A stretch of DNA of 64,000 nt from Thermomicrobiales bacterium (GTDB lineage Bacteria > Chloroflexota > Chloroflexia > Thermomicrobiales > CFX8): positions 6,174 through 70,173 of the forward strand of contig JAMLIA010000005.1 of assembly GCA_023954495.1 (NCBI GenBank), in the 5' to 3' direction. Positions 1 through 11,061 of the stretch are shown one piece after another. Under the pieces are notes generated by a model. That model did not search any database, was not told the DNA's origin, and saw nothing but the letters and a program-made list of their open reading frames with translations. Position 1 is the stretch's first letter. Each line of letters opens with the position of its first letter. Position numbers and translations under genes: made by a program.

Positions 1-434
1 GTGTCTCGCGCTCGTCGAAGACGCCACTGTCGATCTATCTCTCCATGCGCGGCTGGCGGGTCGCCAACATCCCGATCGTCCTTGGTGTGCCGCCTCCGCC
101 GCAACTGCAGGAGATCGATCAGCACCGGATTGTCGCTGTCACGATCGACTCGCCGTACCTCTTGGAGATTCGCCGCAATCGCCTGCAGGCGCTCGGCCAG
201 CAGACCGACGGTGCGTATACCGATCCGGATCAGGTCGGCGAGGAGATGGCCTACTTGCGACGGATTGTGCGCAGCGGCTACCCGTGGCCGATTGTGAACA
301 TCACCGGCAAGTCGGTCGAGGAAGCGGCCAAGGAAGTCATCGCGATCATTGAGGCGCAGCGGGCGCTGGACGATCCGCTCTACGGCACGCCGCTGCCCGC
401 CCCGCCATTGCGCAACGACGAAGAGCGACCCTGA
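1..434 (+). CDS. ppsR: PEP synthase / pyruvate,phosphate dikinase regulatory protein (DUF299 kinase/pyrophosphorylase), 5'-partial
   Basis: Frame 3 is open from the window edge (codons start at position 3). Translation VSRSSKTPLSIYLSMRGWRVANIPIV... carries the GVSRxxKTP-type P-loop, and the C-terminal half resembles PpsR/PDRP. Stop at 432-434. Confidence 0.85.
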   Translation, partial: VSRSSKTPLSIYLSMRGWRVANIPIVLGVPPPPQLQEIDQHRIVAVTIDSPYLLEIRRNRLQALGQQTDGAYTDPDQVGEEMAYLRRIVRSGYPWPIVNITGKSVEEAAKEVIAIIEAQRALDDPLYGTPLPAPPLRNDEERP

Positions 435-448
435 CCGGATAGAGGAAC

Positions 449-479
449 GAGCCGCGTGAGGATCAACCTCACGCGGCTC
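449..479. terminator. Hairpin between convergent genes (13-bp stem, 5-nt loop)
   Basis: gagccgcgtgagg-atcaa-cctcacgcggctc is a perfect inverted repeat lying between the stop of ppsR (+) and the stop of the 501-731 gene (-). Confidence 0.5.
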
Positions 480-500
480 ATTGGTATTACGGAGTTTCGG

Positions 501-731
501 CTAGTCGCGCTTCTTGAACAGCCCACCAGCAGCATCGCTGATCTTCTCACCGATGCCGGACGGAATCTTGTCCGAGAACTGGCTGAGTCCGGGGATCTTC
601 TCCGCCAGCGCGTGAATTTGCTCGTCTGAGGCGTTGTTGGTCAGGAAGTCGGTGAAGACCAAGACTGCTTTGTTGGCCTGGTCGGCGCTCAATCCGGCCT
701 TCTCCTGCAACTCCTGGAGCAGCTTGTCCAT
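501..731 (-). CDS. Small hypothetical protein (76 aa)
   Basis: The internal ATG (MDKLLQELQEKAG...) is preceded by GAAGGGGG 3 nt upstream. The longer ORF-track start at 791 has no SD. No motif recognised. Confidence 0.5.
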   Translation of the reverse strand: MDKLLQELQEKAGLSADQANKAVLVFTDFLTNNASDEQIHALAEKIPGLSQFSDKIPSGIGEKISDAAGGLFKKRD

Positions 732-794
732 GAACCCCCTTCGTGTGGGTGCGTGGGAACCCGTATCGGGTTCCGAGATGTACGACTTCAAAGC

Positions 795-1478
795 CTACAA
801 CGTCGTGTCTTCGATGTCATAAGCCCTGGCTTCCGCCTCGTGAGCAGTTACCGACAAATGGATCTTGTCGCCGTCAACTTCGCTGACCCAGTCCATCGGC
901 ACGCGGATGTCGCGGGTGAAGATGAGCCCCTTCTTGACGAGGAAGCCGGTGAGCTGCCCATCGTCATCGAGATAGACTTCTTCGACCGTACCAACCTTAT
1001 GGCCATCTGCGCCGACGACATCGGTGCCGTCGCTGATGATGACGTCGTTCTCTTCAACGTTGGTGCGATTCTCGACGATCGGCGGGTCAACTGGCGCGGC
1101 ATCAAAAAAGCTGTCTTTGCTGCCCTCATACCCGCGTCCAACGTACGGAGCGCCGTACAAGTACAACCCCGCCCCGCCGGCATTCGGCAGGATGAATGGG
1201 ACGTTGTGCAGCTCATCGTCCGGTACAGTCGAGTAGTGCGTTTCGACGAACTCTGGCAGCTTCGTCGCTGCCTCTTCCGGCATGTCGAGCACGAGCTCCT
1301 CAACTTCATGGCTGGCGATCATCCCGACATCGACGATGTGGCGGTGGTGGCCGAGGAATCCCCCAGACACAATCATCTCGACGATCTGCCTGGACTTGGG
1401 GTCCAGAACCAGTCGCTCGACGCTGCCGAGCTTCTTGCCGTCTGAGGTCAGAACGTTCATTCCAAGATCAATTCGCAT
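795..1478 (-). CDS. PRC-barrel domain protein (two repeats)
   Basis: Two PRC-barrel-like segments are present (VLTSDGKKLGSVERLVLD... and VVGADGHKVGTVEEVYLDDDGQLTGFLV). ATG 1478 is preceded by GGAGA. Confidence 0.7.
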   Translation of the reverse strand: MRIDLGMNVLTSDGKKLGSVERLVLDPKSRQIVEMIVSGGFLGHHRHIVDVGMIASHEVEELVLDMPEEAATKLPEFVETHYSTVPDDELHNVPFILPNAGGAGLYLYGAPYVGRGYEGSKDSFFDAAPVDPPIVENRTNVEENDVIISDGTDVVGADGHKVGTVEEVYLDDDGQLTGFLVKKGLIFTRDIRVPMDWVSEVDGDKIHLSVTAHEAEARAYDIEDTTL

Positions 1479-1622
1479 GTCGGTCTCCGATTCATTCCGT
1501 ATTTCGTTCTTCCCGCTGTGCCTGTTGCAATCCACATGCCACCTTGTTTCTGGGATGTTACGGCAGGATTCCTGCGCTATCGCTGTCGCGATGAGGACGT
1601 TCAGAGATGTGAGGGAGAGACG

Positions 1623-2759
1623 GTGGTCAACGAAGGACCTTCTTGGCGACCGCGGCAGATGATCGACGGGCGACAGAGCTCTCTCGTGGCGCGAGCAATG
1701 CCGATCTACCTCGCGCTGTTGCTGGCGATCCTGACTGTCGTGGCGTTGCTACTCGTTATCAAGATGACCGACGTCCTGATGCTCATTGCCATTGGTGGGT
1801 TGTTTGCGGCGGCGATATCGGGCCCTTCGGCGCGATTGGAGCGGTGGCATGTGCCGCGGCCGGTCGCTGCGCTAGTGATCTATATGCTTTCGTTGGCTGT
1901 GCTCATCGGCTTGGGCTGGTTCGTTGTTCCACCCCTCGCGGGCCAGATTTCCAACCTGGTTGATGACGCGCCCGACTACGTGGATCGCTACGAAGACGTT
2001 CGCAGGCGTTACGACGAGCTCCGAGAAGACTACCCACAGCTCAGCAGTTTCGATGAGCAGATGAGTGGGTTTCGCGACCGGATTGTGGACGGTGTCGGCG
2101 CGCGACTTATCGATCTACCAACTCGATTGTTCAGCGTGTTCATCGATCTGCTCGCGGTATTCATCATTTCGATGCTGCTCTTGTCCACACGGGAGCGGAT
2201 CCGCGATCTCATACTTTCAATGGTTCATCCGAATCAGCGCGAGCAGACGCATCGAGTAATGAAGATGATGTGGGATCGCGTCGGTCTGTACGTCCGCGCC
2301 AAAGTGATCGTCATGGCGATCATCGGCGCGATCACCTATGTCGCGTTGCTATTGATTGGTGTTCCGTTCCCACTGGTGCTGGCGATTGTGGTGGCGTTTG
2401 GTGAGATCATCCCGCGCGTTGGCCCGTGGCTGGCGCGCATTCCGCTGCTGGCAATTGCGGCGTTGCAGGGCTGGGAAGTGTTTGCACTGACCTTCGGCGC
2501 GTCGATTGTGATTGAGAACTTGAAGGGGCTGGTTATCTCGCCATTTATCGAGGGCGACCAACTCAACATCCATCCGCTGCTGGTTATCATCGCTGTGCTG
2601 ATCGGAGCGGCGCTCCTCGGGCCGTTGGGCGCGTTCATCGCCGTGCCAGCTGCCGCGGCTATTCAGGTGCTGTTCGAGGAAGTCGTTCTGCCCTGGCGGC
2701 TGGGGCAACTTGAAGAAGTGACAGTCGCGGCCGAAGTATCAGAGCGGCGTGTGGAATAG
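1623..2759 (+). CDS. AI-2E family transporter (PerM/UPF0118-like membrane protein)
   Basis: Multiple hydrophobic helices and the family-typical GEIIPRVGPW segment. The start is ambiguous: GTG 1623 follows GAGGGAGAG, and ATG 1659 is an alternative. Confidence 0.8.
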   Translation: MVNEGPSWRPRQMIDGRQSSLVARAMPIYLALLLAILTVVALLLVIKMTDVLMLIAIGGLFAAAISGPSARLERWHVPRPVAALVIYMLSLAVLIGLGWFVVPPLAGQISNLVDDAPDYVDRYEDVRRRYDELREDYPQLSSFDEQMSGFRDRIVDGVGARLIDLPTRLFSVFIDLLAVFIISMLLLSTRERIRDLILSMVHPNQREQTHRVMKMMWDRVGLYVRAKVIVMAIIGAITYVALLLIGVPFPLVLAIVVAFGEIIPRVGPWLARIPLLAIAALQGWEVFALTFGASIVIENLKGLVISPFIEGDQLNIHPLLVIIAVLIGAALLGPLGAFIAVPAAAAIQVLFEEVVLPWRLGQLEEVTVAAEVSERRVE

Positions 2760-2762
2760 ATC

Positions 2763-2792
2763 GCCGACCGACATGTGAGGGTGCCGGTCGGC
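2763..2792. terminator. Hairpin between convergent genes
   Basis: gccgaccg...cggtcggc is an 8-bp inverted repeat with a 14-nt loop, lying between the stops of the AI-2E gene (+) and the M20 gene (-). There is no clear U-tract. Confidence 0.35.
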
Positions 2793-2809
2793 AGATCATC
2801 GATACTCGG

Positions 2810-4156
2810 TCAGGCGTCGCCGACTCGGCCGCCGTCGAACGTCTCGTCACGCGCATTGCGGCGCATGAAGGTCAGGTACTCGTCCTTGGTCATTGGCGGC
2901 TTGCTGGTTTCGAGGATGTGCTTGGCGGTCTCGGCGCTTCCGGCCAGCAGGTCGATGACGGTCATCGCCATCAGCTTGGCCGGCAGGATGTACGCCTGAT
3001 ACTTGTCCTCGATGGCCCAGTCGGTGCCGTGGCCAGTGCCGGAGAAGCCGCGGACGTGCGGGTGCAGGGCCGGCATGATGTGGGCGATGTCGCCCATGTC
3101 GGTCGAGCCGGTCTTGTGGCCGGTCTCTTCCCACTGATCCTCGGCGTAGAAGTTGAAGAAGTTGCCCTTGAACAGATCAGCCATCTGGCGATCGTTGAAC
3201 AGCGGCATGTAACCCGGCAGGGTCGCGATCTCGACCGACGCGCCGAGTGCAACGGCACCCGCTCGCAGTGCGCGATCGACCTTGCGTCCGGCGTCTTCGA
3301 TGGCTTCGGCGGTCTTGCCGCGCACCATCGTCTCGAAGCGGACGTCGTTCGGGATGACGTTCACGAGGTCGCCGCCGCGCGTCAGAATCGGGTGGATGCG
3401 GACGGTGTCCTCGTCGCGGAACGTCTCACGCTGGGCGTTGATTGACGCCAGCGCGATCTCGGCGGCGTAGAGGGCATTGATGCCGCGATGCGGTGCGCCA
3501 CCGGCGTGGGCGGCCTTGCCGACGAAGCGCGCCTGCTTGCCGATGAAGCCGTTGTTCGAGGCACTAACACCGGCGATTGCTTCCATGTTCTGGCTGCTGG
3601 CCCCGTGGACCATCATCGCCATGTCGATGTCGTCGAACGCGCCGAGTCGGATCATCTCGCTCTTGCCACCGAGGAATTCGGTTTTGCCCTCGCGGCGGAG
3701 CTGGACGCGGTAATCGATCTCGACGTACTCCTCGGCCGGGACGGCAAAGAAGGCGACGTTGCCGGCCAGTTCGCCGAGCACCCCGGACTTGATCAGCCCG
3801 TTGGCGACGCCGAGCATGGTCGTGATCTGCGCGTTGTGGCCGCAGCAGTGCGCCGCGCCGGTTTCGGGGTTGGCGAACTCGTGGTCGGCGACGAGCACCG
3901 AGTCCAGCTCGCCGATGACGCCGACGGTTGGTCCGGCTGTGCCGCCGGCGACGACCGTCTTCAGGCCGGTGATCGCAATCTCCTCGTGATAGCCGAGCCC
4001 GAGGCGCTGGAACTCACCGGCCACAATGTTGGCGGTCTTGAACTCCTTGAAGCCCAGCTCGGGATCACGGTAGATGCGCTCGCCGACGCTGATCAGGTGG
4101 TCGGCGTTGCGATCGATCTCATCGAGTACACGTTGTTTGAGCTCTTCGTGCTGCAT
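2810..4156 (-). CDS. M20-family amidohydrolase (AbgB/M20D-like)
   Basis: The layout is typical of M20D amidohydrolases, with metal-binding segments AAHCCGHNAQ and MVHGASS. ATG 4156 is preceded by GAGGAGAGGG. Confidence 0.8.
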   Translation of the reverse strand: MQHEELKQRVLDEIDRNADHLISVGERIYRDPELGFKEFKTANIVAGEFQRLGLGYHEEIAITGLKTVVAGGTAGPTVGVIGELDSVLVADHEFANPETGAAHCCGHNAQITTMLGVANGLIKSGVLGELAGNVAFFAVPAEEYVEIDYRVQLRREGKTEFLGGKSEMIRLGAFDDIDMAMMVHGASSQNMEAIAGVSASNNGFIGKQARFVGKAAHAGGAPHRGINALYAAEIALASINAQRETFRDEDTVRIHPILTRGGDLVNVIPNDVRFETMVRGKTAEAIEDAGRKVDRALRAGAVALGASVEIATLPGYMPLFNDRQMADLFKGNFFNFYAEDQWEETGHKTGSTDMGDIAHIMPALHPHVRGFSGTGHGTDWAIEDKYQAYILPAKLMAMTVIDLLAGSAETAKHILETSKPPMTKDEYLTFMRRNARDETFDGGRVGDA

Positions 4157-4218
4157 TCTGCCCTCTCCTCGTTTGCCAACGATATCGGCCCGTATGTTCG
4201 CCGAGGGCAGCCGGTGCG

Positions 4219-5145
4219 TCAATGTGTGTCTGCTGCGACTGTAGCTTCGAGCTGCTGCGCCAGCATCGCTGCGCGTTCCGCGTAGCCGTGTTCAGCGCCC
4301 CAGAGCATGCGCACGACGATGTGCCAGACGCTGTAGAACCCCAGCGTTGGCAACGGATCGGCCAGACGCGGATGTGGATACGCGCGAGCGACCTGCTCGG
4401 CGAACTCCACGCCGAAGTCATCGGCAATGTACATCAGGTCGCGGACCGGATCGCCGAGGACGAGTCCCTGAAAGTCGATGATGCCGGTGACGGTCAGATC
4501 GTCGGGATTGACAAACACATGATCGGCCGAGACTTCGCCGTGCAACAGGACCGGTTCCGACTGCCGGTCCGACTCGCGGGCCATCTGCGCCTCTGTCAGC
4601 GCATGCAGCCTGTCCAGCGTCGACTGCGCGACGAGTCCGTGCTGCTCGATTCTGGACAGGTCATTCGCGTAATGCGGAGCCGATGGCCCGTCGGCCATGC
4701 CGTCTTCGGTGGCTGCGAACGGGTACCAGGCGACTGGGATGCCGGCGGACTCGGTGAGCTCGCGCGGCGTGGCGTGCAGGTCAGCGAGGAACGCTGCGAG
4801 CGCCTGTGCTGCCGCATGCACGCGTTTCGCGGTCATGGTCTTGAACAGTGAGCGTGAAAGAGGCACGCCGCTCAACCGACGGGTAATCAGGAAGCTTCGT
4901 CCGTCCGGCAGATGCCCGGTTGCAGCATTGGAGGGGATGGCGAGTGATACCCGCTGTTCCAGCATCGGCAGCATGGCTGCTGCGCGGCTGAGTGCATTGC
5001 TCGCTTCGGCCGTTCGGCCAACCAGGAGAAGGAAGGCTTCGCCGATCTCGTGGGCGCTGCAATAGTCGCCACCGTCGAGTTCGGGCAGGTCGTCGGGTGA
5101 CAGGTCGCCGGACGCGAGTTGATCCGCCAGGCGGGTGTTCTTCAC
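4219..5145 (-). CDS. Phosphotransferase family protein (aminoglycoside/choline kinase fold)
   Basis: APH-type catalytic segment LLHGEVSADHVFVNPDDLTVTGIIDFQGLVLGDPVRDL. The ORF-track N-terminus (to 5292) runs through the tRNA, so the in-frame GTG at 5145 is proposed as the start. The start remains uncertain. Confidence 0.7.
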   Translation of the reverse strand: MKNTRLADQLASGDLSPDDLPELDGGDYCSAHEIGEAFLLLVGRTAEASNALSRAAAMLPMLEQRVSLAIPSNAATGHLPDGRSFLITRRLSGVPLSRSLFKTMTAKRVHAAAQALAAFLADLHATPRELTESAGIPVAWYPFAATEDGMADGPSAPHYANDLSRIEQHGLVAQSTLDRLHALTEAQMARESDRQSEPVLLHGEVSADHVFVNPDDLTVTGIIDFQGLVLGDPVRDLMYIADDFGVEFAEQVARAYPHPRLADPLPTLGFYSVWHIVVRMLWGAEHGYAERAAMLAQQLEATVAADTH

Positions 5146-5216
5146 AGGCAGCTCCCGAATGTCATGACGTACGTCGCGCAAACAAAAGCGCGGCTCCAAA
5201 GAGAGCCGCGCTGCTG

Positions 5217-5290
5217 TAGCGCATACGGGATTCGAACCCGTGATCTCCGCCTTGAGAGGGCGGTGTCCTAGGCCGCTAGACGAATGCGCC
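5217..5290 (-). tRNA. tRNA-Glu (anticodon CUC), 74 nt, no encoded CCA
   Basis: A manual cloverleaf fold fits. Acceptor stem GGCGCAT/ATGCGCT, D stem GTCT/GGAC, anticodon stem CCGCC/GGCGG with loop CTCTCAA, T arm ACGGG-TTCGAAT-CCCGT, discriminator A. Confidence 0.9.
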
Positions 5291-5314
5291 ACGCTTAGCC
5301 GGTAGGCCGCGGCG

Positions 5315-5344
5315 AGTATAGCAATCGCCGAATCGGCCTGTCAA
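5315..5344 (-). promoter_or_regulatory. Sigma70-like promoter for tRNA-Glu (TTGACA-18 nt-TATACT)
   Basis: On the minus strand TTGACA lies at 5344-5339 and TATACT at 5320-5315, about 24 nt upstream of the tRNA 5' end. Confidence 0.5.
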
Positions 5345-5392
5345 ACGTGTGCTGAGTGAGCAGCGTCCGGCTGCTGCGCGCGCGTTCGCGCC

Positions 5393-5569
5393 TTAGAACA
5401 TCCCGGTGCGAACCATCGCCTCACGAACGGCGGTGTAGTCGCGTCGGGCCTCAGCGGCAGAAGGGCCACCCTCAGTCTGGTTGCGAACGATCATGCCGTA
5501 GTACGACTCGAAGTCGCCGTCGGACATGTCGCCAGTGAACGAGCGAATGATCTTCTTGAAACGGTTCAT
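5393..5569 (-). CDS. Small hypothetical protein (58 aa)
   Basis: ATG 5569 (MNRFKKIIRSF...) is preceded by GAGGAGG 8 nt upstream. No motif recognised. Confidence 0.45.
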   Translation of the reverse strand: MNRFKKIIRSFTGDMSDGDFESYYGMIVRNQTEGGPSAAEARRDYTAVREAMVRTGMF

Positions 5570-5605
5570 GTGCTGTACCTCCTCGTACTTCATCAACCTG
5601 TGAGA

Positions 5606-5634
5606 ACTATATCACCATATGCGGATATGTGCAA
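5606..5634 (-). promoter_or_regulatory. Sigma70-like promoter (TTGCAC-17 nt-TATAGT) overlapped by an imperfect palindrome
   Basis: On the minus strand TTGCAC lies at 5634-5629 and TATAGT at 5611-5606. The spacer coincides with the palindrome atatcaccatatgcggatat (5609-5628). Confidence 0.4.
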
Positions 5635-5772
5635 GGGAAGGTGAAATATCCGTTTCGCGGTACCCGGATCGACCGAAGCGCGCTCAGGTCTTTCGCTATC
5701 AGCCGTCTCGGCTTATCATCTGCACTACCCTCAACTCTGATCTGCGCCGCCGTTGTCTTGAAGGGACGTTCG

Positions 5773-6618
5773 TTGGAGAAGCTGATCATCTCAGCGGCGA
5801 CGACCGGTTCGAAAACGTCGCGTGCTCAGACCCCGTATGTACCCATTACTGAAGAAGAAATCGCCGCGCAGGCGGTCGATTGCTGGCGAGCCGGCGCGGC
5901 GATCGTGCATATCCACGTTCGTGACGAGAACGGACAGGTCTCCTGTGATGCCTGGCGTTACCAGAAGGTGACTGATCTGGTCCGGGCAGCCGGGTCCGAC
6001 GTGATCATGAACTGGTCGACCGGCGGCGGTGCCGGGATCGTCACTGATGAGCAGCGCACCGCGCCGGTTCGCAATGCGCCGGAAGTCGCAAGCTTCGATT
6101 GCGGCTCGACGAATTTCGGCGATGGCGTGTTCATCAATTCGCCGTCGTTCCTGACGAACCTGGCTCGCGAAATGAACGAGCATCTCGTCACGCCCGAGAT
6201 CGAGATCTTCGATAGCGGCATGGTCGAAAACGCGCGACAGCTCATAGACGACGGATTGCTGCAGCCGCCGTACTGGTTTCAGTTCGTCCTGGGGTTGCGC
6301 GGCGGTGCCCCGGCAACGGCCCGCGAACTGGCGCATCTGGTCGATTCGCTGCCGCCGGGATCGAACTGGTCGGTCTGTGCGATCGGGAAGTACCAGCTAC
6401 CGATGAACGTGATGGCGCTGGCAATGGGCGGACATGCGCGGACCGGGCTGGAAGACAACATCTATTACGGTTATCGCGAGTTGGCGACCAGCAATGCGCA
6501 ACTTGTCGAGCGTCTGGCGCGCCTGGCCACTGAGATGGGCCGACCGATCGCCACGCCCGATGAGGCGCGTGAGATCATCGGCGTCAACGCCCGGCGCGGA
6601 ACGATCGGGGTGTCATGA
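5773..6618 (+). CDS. Beta-keto acid cleavage enzyme (BKACE/DUF849, 3-keto-5-aminohexanoate cleavage-like)
   Basis: KLIISAATTGS...PITEEEIAAQAVDCWRAGAAIVHIHVRDENG is a typical BKACE N-terminus. The start is uncertain (TTG 5773 after GAAGGGA). Confidence 0.8.
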   Translation: MEKLIISAATTGSKTSRAQTPYVPITEEEIAAQAVDCWRAGAAIVHIHVRDENGQVSCDAWRYQKVTDLVRAAGSDVIMNWSTGGGAGIVTDEQRTAPVRNAPEVASFDCGSTNFGDGVFINSPSFLTNLAREMNEHLVTPEIEIFDSGMVENARQLIDDGLLQPPYWFQFVLGLRGGAPATARELAHLVDSLPPGSNWSVCAIGKYQLPMNVMALAMGGHARTGLEDNIYYGYRELATSNAQLVERLARLATEMGRPIATPDEAREIIGVNARRGTIGVS

Positions 6619-8132
6619 CCGACGCATTGACCATCGTTGCGGCCGAACTGTCGCATGAGACAAACACGTTTTCGGTTGTGCCGACCGATCGCGCGGCGTT
6701 CGAACGCGCCGGGCTGCGGCGTGGTAACGAGATCCCGGCGGCGTTGCGCGACACCGCGACATCGTTTGCCGGATTCATTGACGGAGCCGAAGCGAACGGC
6801 GTCATCCTGCTGCCCGCACTCGCGGTCTGGGCGACACCATCGGGTATGGTCGATGATGAGGTGCTGGCGGAACTCGTTGACAGCATCATCGAAGCGATTG
6901 CCTGCTCGCGACCGCACGGTATCGCGCTGGCGCTGCATGGTGCGATGGTGACACGCGCCCACGAAGACGCCGATGCCTGGATCCTTGAACGGGTGCGCGA
7001 GGCCGTGGGCGACAGCACTCCGATTGTCGCGACGCTGGATCTGCACGCCAACATCAGTCCGCGCATGGTTGAGCTGGCCGACATCCTTGTTGGTTACGAC
7101 ACCTACCCACACGTCGATCAGCGTGAGCGAGCCCGCGAGGCGTTCGATCTGCTGATGCGGCTGTGTCGCGGAGAGATTCGCCCGGTCTCCTACCTGCTGA
7201 AGCCACCGATGATGCCGACCTCGCAGAATATGCCAACCGGCCGCGATCCGATGCACCGGATCATCGAGCGCGCCAACGAACTGGAGTCGCGGCGCGGCGT
7301 GCTGAACGTCACCGTCGCCGGAGGCTTTCCGCCGGCCGATACTGAGGAGACCGGATTCAGCGTGCTGGTCACCACCGACGGCGATGCGCGTCTCGCACGG
7401 GAGATCGCTCAAGAAGTCGCCTCAACGGCATGGGAGCGCCGCAGTCAGTTTCTCGGCGGGGTGATCTCGTGGGAAGAGGCCGCCGAGATTCTGCATTCAT
7501 CAACCAGAAGCCCAACTGTTCTGGTGGACATTGCGGACAATCCGTGGACGGGTGGGCCTGGTGATTCAGCTGAGCTTGTCCGATTCCTTCTCAGTCAGGG
7601 CATTAGCAACGCCTGTGTTGCATCCGTGTGCGACCCGGAAGCGGTGGCTCGCTGCCTGGAGGCTGGACCAGGTGCGACGATTGATCTGGAGATCGGCGGG
7701 CACACCGATCATTTGCACGGCGCGCCGCTTGCGATAACCGGTGAGGTACGCAGCCTGAGCACCGGGCGCTATGTGAATGCCGGGCCGATGCACGCCGGGA
7801 TTGAAGTCAACCTCGGGCCAACTGCGGTTGTGCGAACGGGCGGGGTTGAAGTCCTGCTGACGACATACGCCGAGACACCGATTGACCTGAACGTGTTCCG
7901 GTCTCAGGGCATCGAACCGACCGAGCGGCAGGTCATCGGGCTTAAGGGCAAGGGGCATTTTCGGGCGGCGTTCGAGCCGATCGCAGCACAGGTGATTCTG
8001 GTCGAGGGCCCCGGCATTACCGGATCGGACCTCTCGCGGCTGTCATTCCAGCGTGTTCGGCGGCCGATCTGGCCGCTCGATCCGGATGTGCAATGGAGTG
8101 CCGCCAAGGCTGAGGGGTGGCAGTATGATTGA
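6615..8132 (+). CDS. M81-family metallopeptidase (MlrC-like)
   Basis: The N-terminus IVAAELSHETNTFS and overall length fit the MlrC/DUF1485 family. Its start shares an ATGA overlap with the upstream stop. Confidence 0.8.
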   Translation: MTDALTIVAAELSHETNTFSVVPTDRAAFERAGLRRGNEIPAALRDTATSFAGFIDGAEANGVILLPALAVWATPSGMVDDEVLAELVDSIIEAIACSRPHGIALALHGAMVTRAHEDADAWILERVREAVGDSTPIVATLDLHANISPRMVELADILVGYDTYPHVDQRERAREAFDLLMRLCRGEIRPVSYLLKPPMMPTSQNMPTGRDPMHRIIERANELESRRGVLNVTVAGGFPPADTEETGFSVLVTTDGDARLAREIAQEVASTAWERRSQFLGGVISWEEAAEILHSSTRSPTVLVDIADNPWTGGPGDSAELVRFLLSQGISNACVASVCDPEAVARCLEAGPGATIDLEIGGHTDHLHGAPLAITGEVRSLSTGRYVNAGPMHAGIEVNLGPTAVVRTGGVEVLLTTYAETPIDLNVFRSQGIEPTERQVIGLKGKGHFRAAFEPIAAQVILVEGPGITGSDLSRLSFQRVRRPIWPLDPDVQWSAAKAEGWQYD

Positions 8133-8247
8133 GTATTGGCGAGTCTGGTTCGGGTATTCGCGAGTCATCACGAGAGAGTCAGACCGGAATCGAGGAAGTG
8201 CGGCAATCGGGCACAGGCCCTGAACGCGCGTAACGGGAGGCGAGGAA

Positions 8248-9741
<1,494 letters not shown>

Positions 9742-9897
9742 TGCCGACGCCTACCGCAAGCAGGCGCTGAATCTGGCGGAGCGTTTCGGAAGAACTTCGC
9801 GAAGTATGGCGACGGTGTGGATGATGACGTCCGCAACGCCGGTCAGCGCTGGATAGCGAGCCGACTGGCTATCAACGAAATCCAGAAATACACGGAG

Positions 9898-9924
9898 AAG
9901 CGGGCACCATGCGTGCCCGCTTTT
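9898..9924 (+). terminator. Intrinsic terminator downstream of pckA
   Basis: aagcgggcac-catgc-gtgcccgctt is a 10-bp stem followed by a tttt(cc) run. It lies between convergent pckA and thiO. Confidence 0.6.
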
Positions 9925-9936
9925 CCGTGCCTCACT

Positions 9937-11061
9937 TCAGTTTGCGACAGTGAACCGCGCAGGATCGAACGCCTTCAGCGCCGGATCATCCTCGCCGGCC
10001 AGAATACTCGCCGTCAGTAACTCGGCCGTCGCGGGAGCGAGAAGGGCACCCGAGCGGAAGTGGCCGGTGGCAATCCAGGCGTTTTCGACGTGCGGAACGC
10101 GTCCGATGATTGGGTCGCCGTCGGCAGTTCCCGGCCGAAGTCCGGCCCATGTTGCGGCCAAGCGTCCCTGATTCAGCGATGGTGCCAACGTCTCGATGCG
10201 CTCGGTGAGCCAGGCGACTCCTGCCGGTGTCACGCTGGTGTCGAAGCCGGCCTCGTGCTCTTCGGTTGCGCCAACAGCGATGCTGCCGTCCGCGCGCGGC
10301 ACGACGTAGATGCCGCCAGCTGCGACAACACTGGTCATTGGCGTTGGCGGCGCTGTGATCGCCAACATCTGACCGCGCACTGGAATCGTCGGGATCGACA
10401 CATCAAGCGCATCGCCGAGCGTCCGGCTCCAGGCACCGGCAGCGATGATGACCGCGCCGACCGGGTGCTCACCATCGAACGTCTGGATGCTGGCGACCTT
10501 GCCGCGACTCACGTTGATCCCGATGACCGGTGTGTGCTCGCGAATGACTGCGCCGTTGAGCGCAGCGGCGCGTGCGACTGCGGTCGTCATGCGGGAGAGG
10601 ATGACGCTGCCGGCTTCGGCGGCGAACACGCCGCACCCTTCGTCGATCGCGAGGACCGGTTCTCGCTCGCGGACATCAGCTGCCGAGTCGATCCACTCGA
10701 CCAGCATGCCGTTCTCGGTCTGCCACTCCAGCGCGGCACGCATGCGCTCCCGATTTGCCTCTGGTCCGAACTCGATCTCGCCGGTGTGAACGTAGCCAAC
10801 ATCGATGCCGGTGGCGTCCTGCACCTCGGCGATGAGCGATGGATAGCGCCGGTAGGCGCGTAGTCCCAACTCGAGCTTGGTGCCATAACGCGGTGACGGT
10901 GGTGAGATGATGCCTGCGGACGCCCAGCTCGCTTCGCGTGCGAGCTCCCGGCGCTCTAGCAGTTCGACGGTCATGCCGCGCCGCGACAACTCCAGTGCGA
11001 GCGTTGCGCCGACAATACCGCCGCCGATGATGGTGATATCGCGTAGACCAGTCTGTCCCAT
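9937..11061 (-). CDS. thiO: FAD-dependent glycine oxidase-like oxidoreductase (DAO family)
   Basis: Rossmann motif IIGGGIVGATLALELSRRG and C-terminal GHFRSGALLAP, as in ThiO. GGGGGAGGA precedes the ATG. No thiS/thiG neighbours, so the function is assigned with caution. Confidence 0.6.
   Translation of the reverse strand: MGQTGLRDITIIGGGIVGATLALELSRRGMTVELLERRELAREASWASAGIISPPSPRYGTKLELGLRAYRRYPSLIAEVQDATGIDVGYVHTGEIEFGPEANRERMRAALEWQTENGMLVEWIDSAADVREREPVLAIDEGCGVFAAEAGSVILSRMTTAVARAAALNGAVIREHTPVIGINVSRGKVASIQTFDGEHPVGAVIIAAGAWSRTLGDALDVSIPTIPVRGQMLAITAPPTPMTSVVAAGGIYVVPRADGSIAVGATEEHEAGFDTSVTPAGVAWLTERIETLAPSLNQGRLAATWAGLRPGTADGDPIIGRVPHVENAWIATGHFRSGALLAPATAELLTASILAGEDDPALKAFDPARFTVAN

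Noticed and set aside
5146-5292. N-terminal 49 codons of the ORF-track entry 4219..5292 (MAHSSSGLGHRPLKAEITGSNPVCATAA...)
   Set aside because: This stretch is the antisense-free translation of the tRNA-Glu gene (5217-5290) and its flank. It has no Met downstream to support it. The phosphotransferase more plausibly starts at GTG 5145.
9817-10020. ORF-track entry 9817..10020 (MDDDVRNAGQRWIASRL...) as an independent gene
   Set aside because: It is in the pckA frame and begins with the PckA C-terminal residues. It crosses the terminator hairpin and overlaps the convergent thiO-like gene. It is treated as part of the pckA frame problem, not as a gene.
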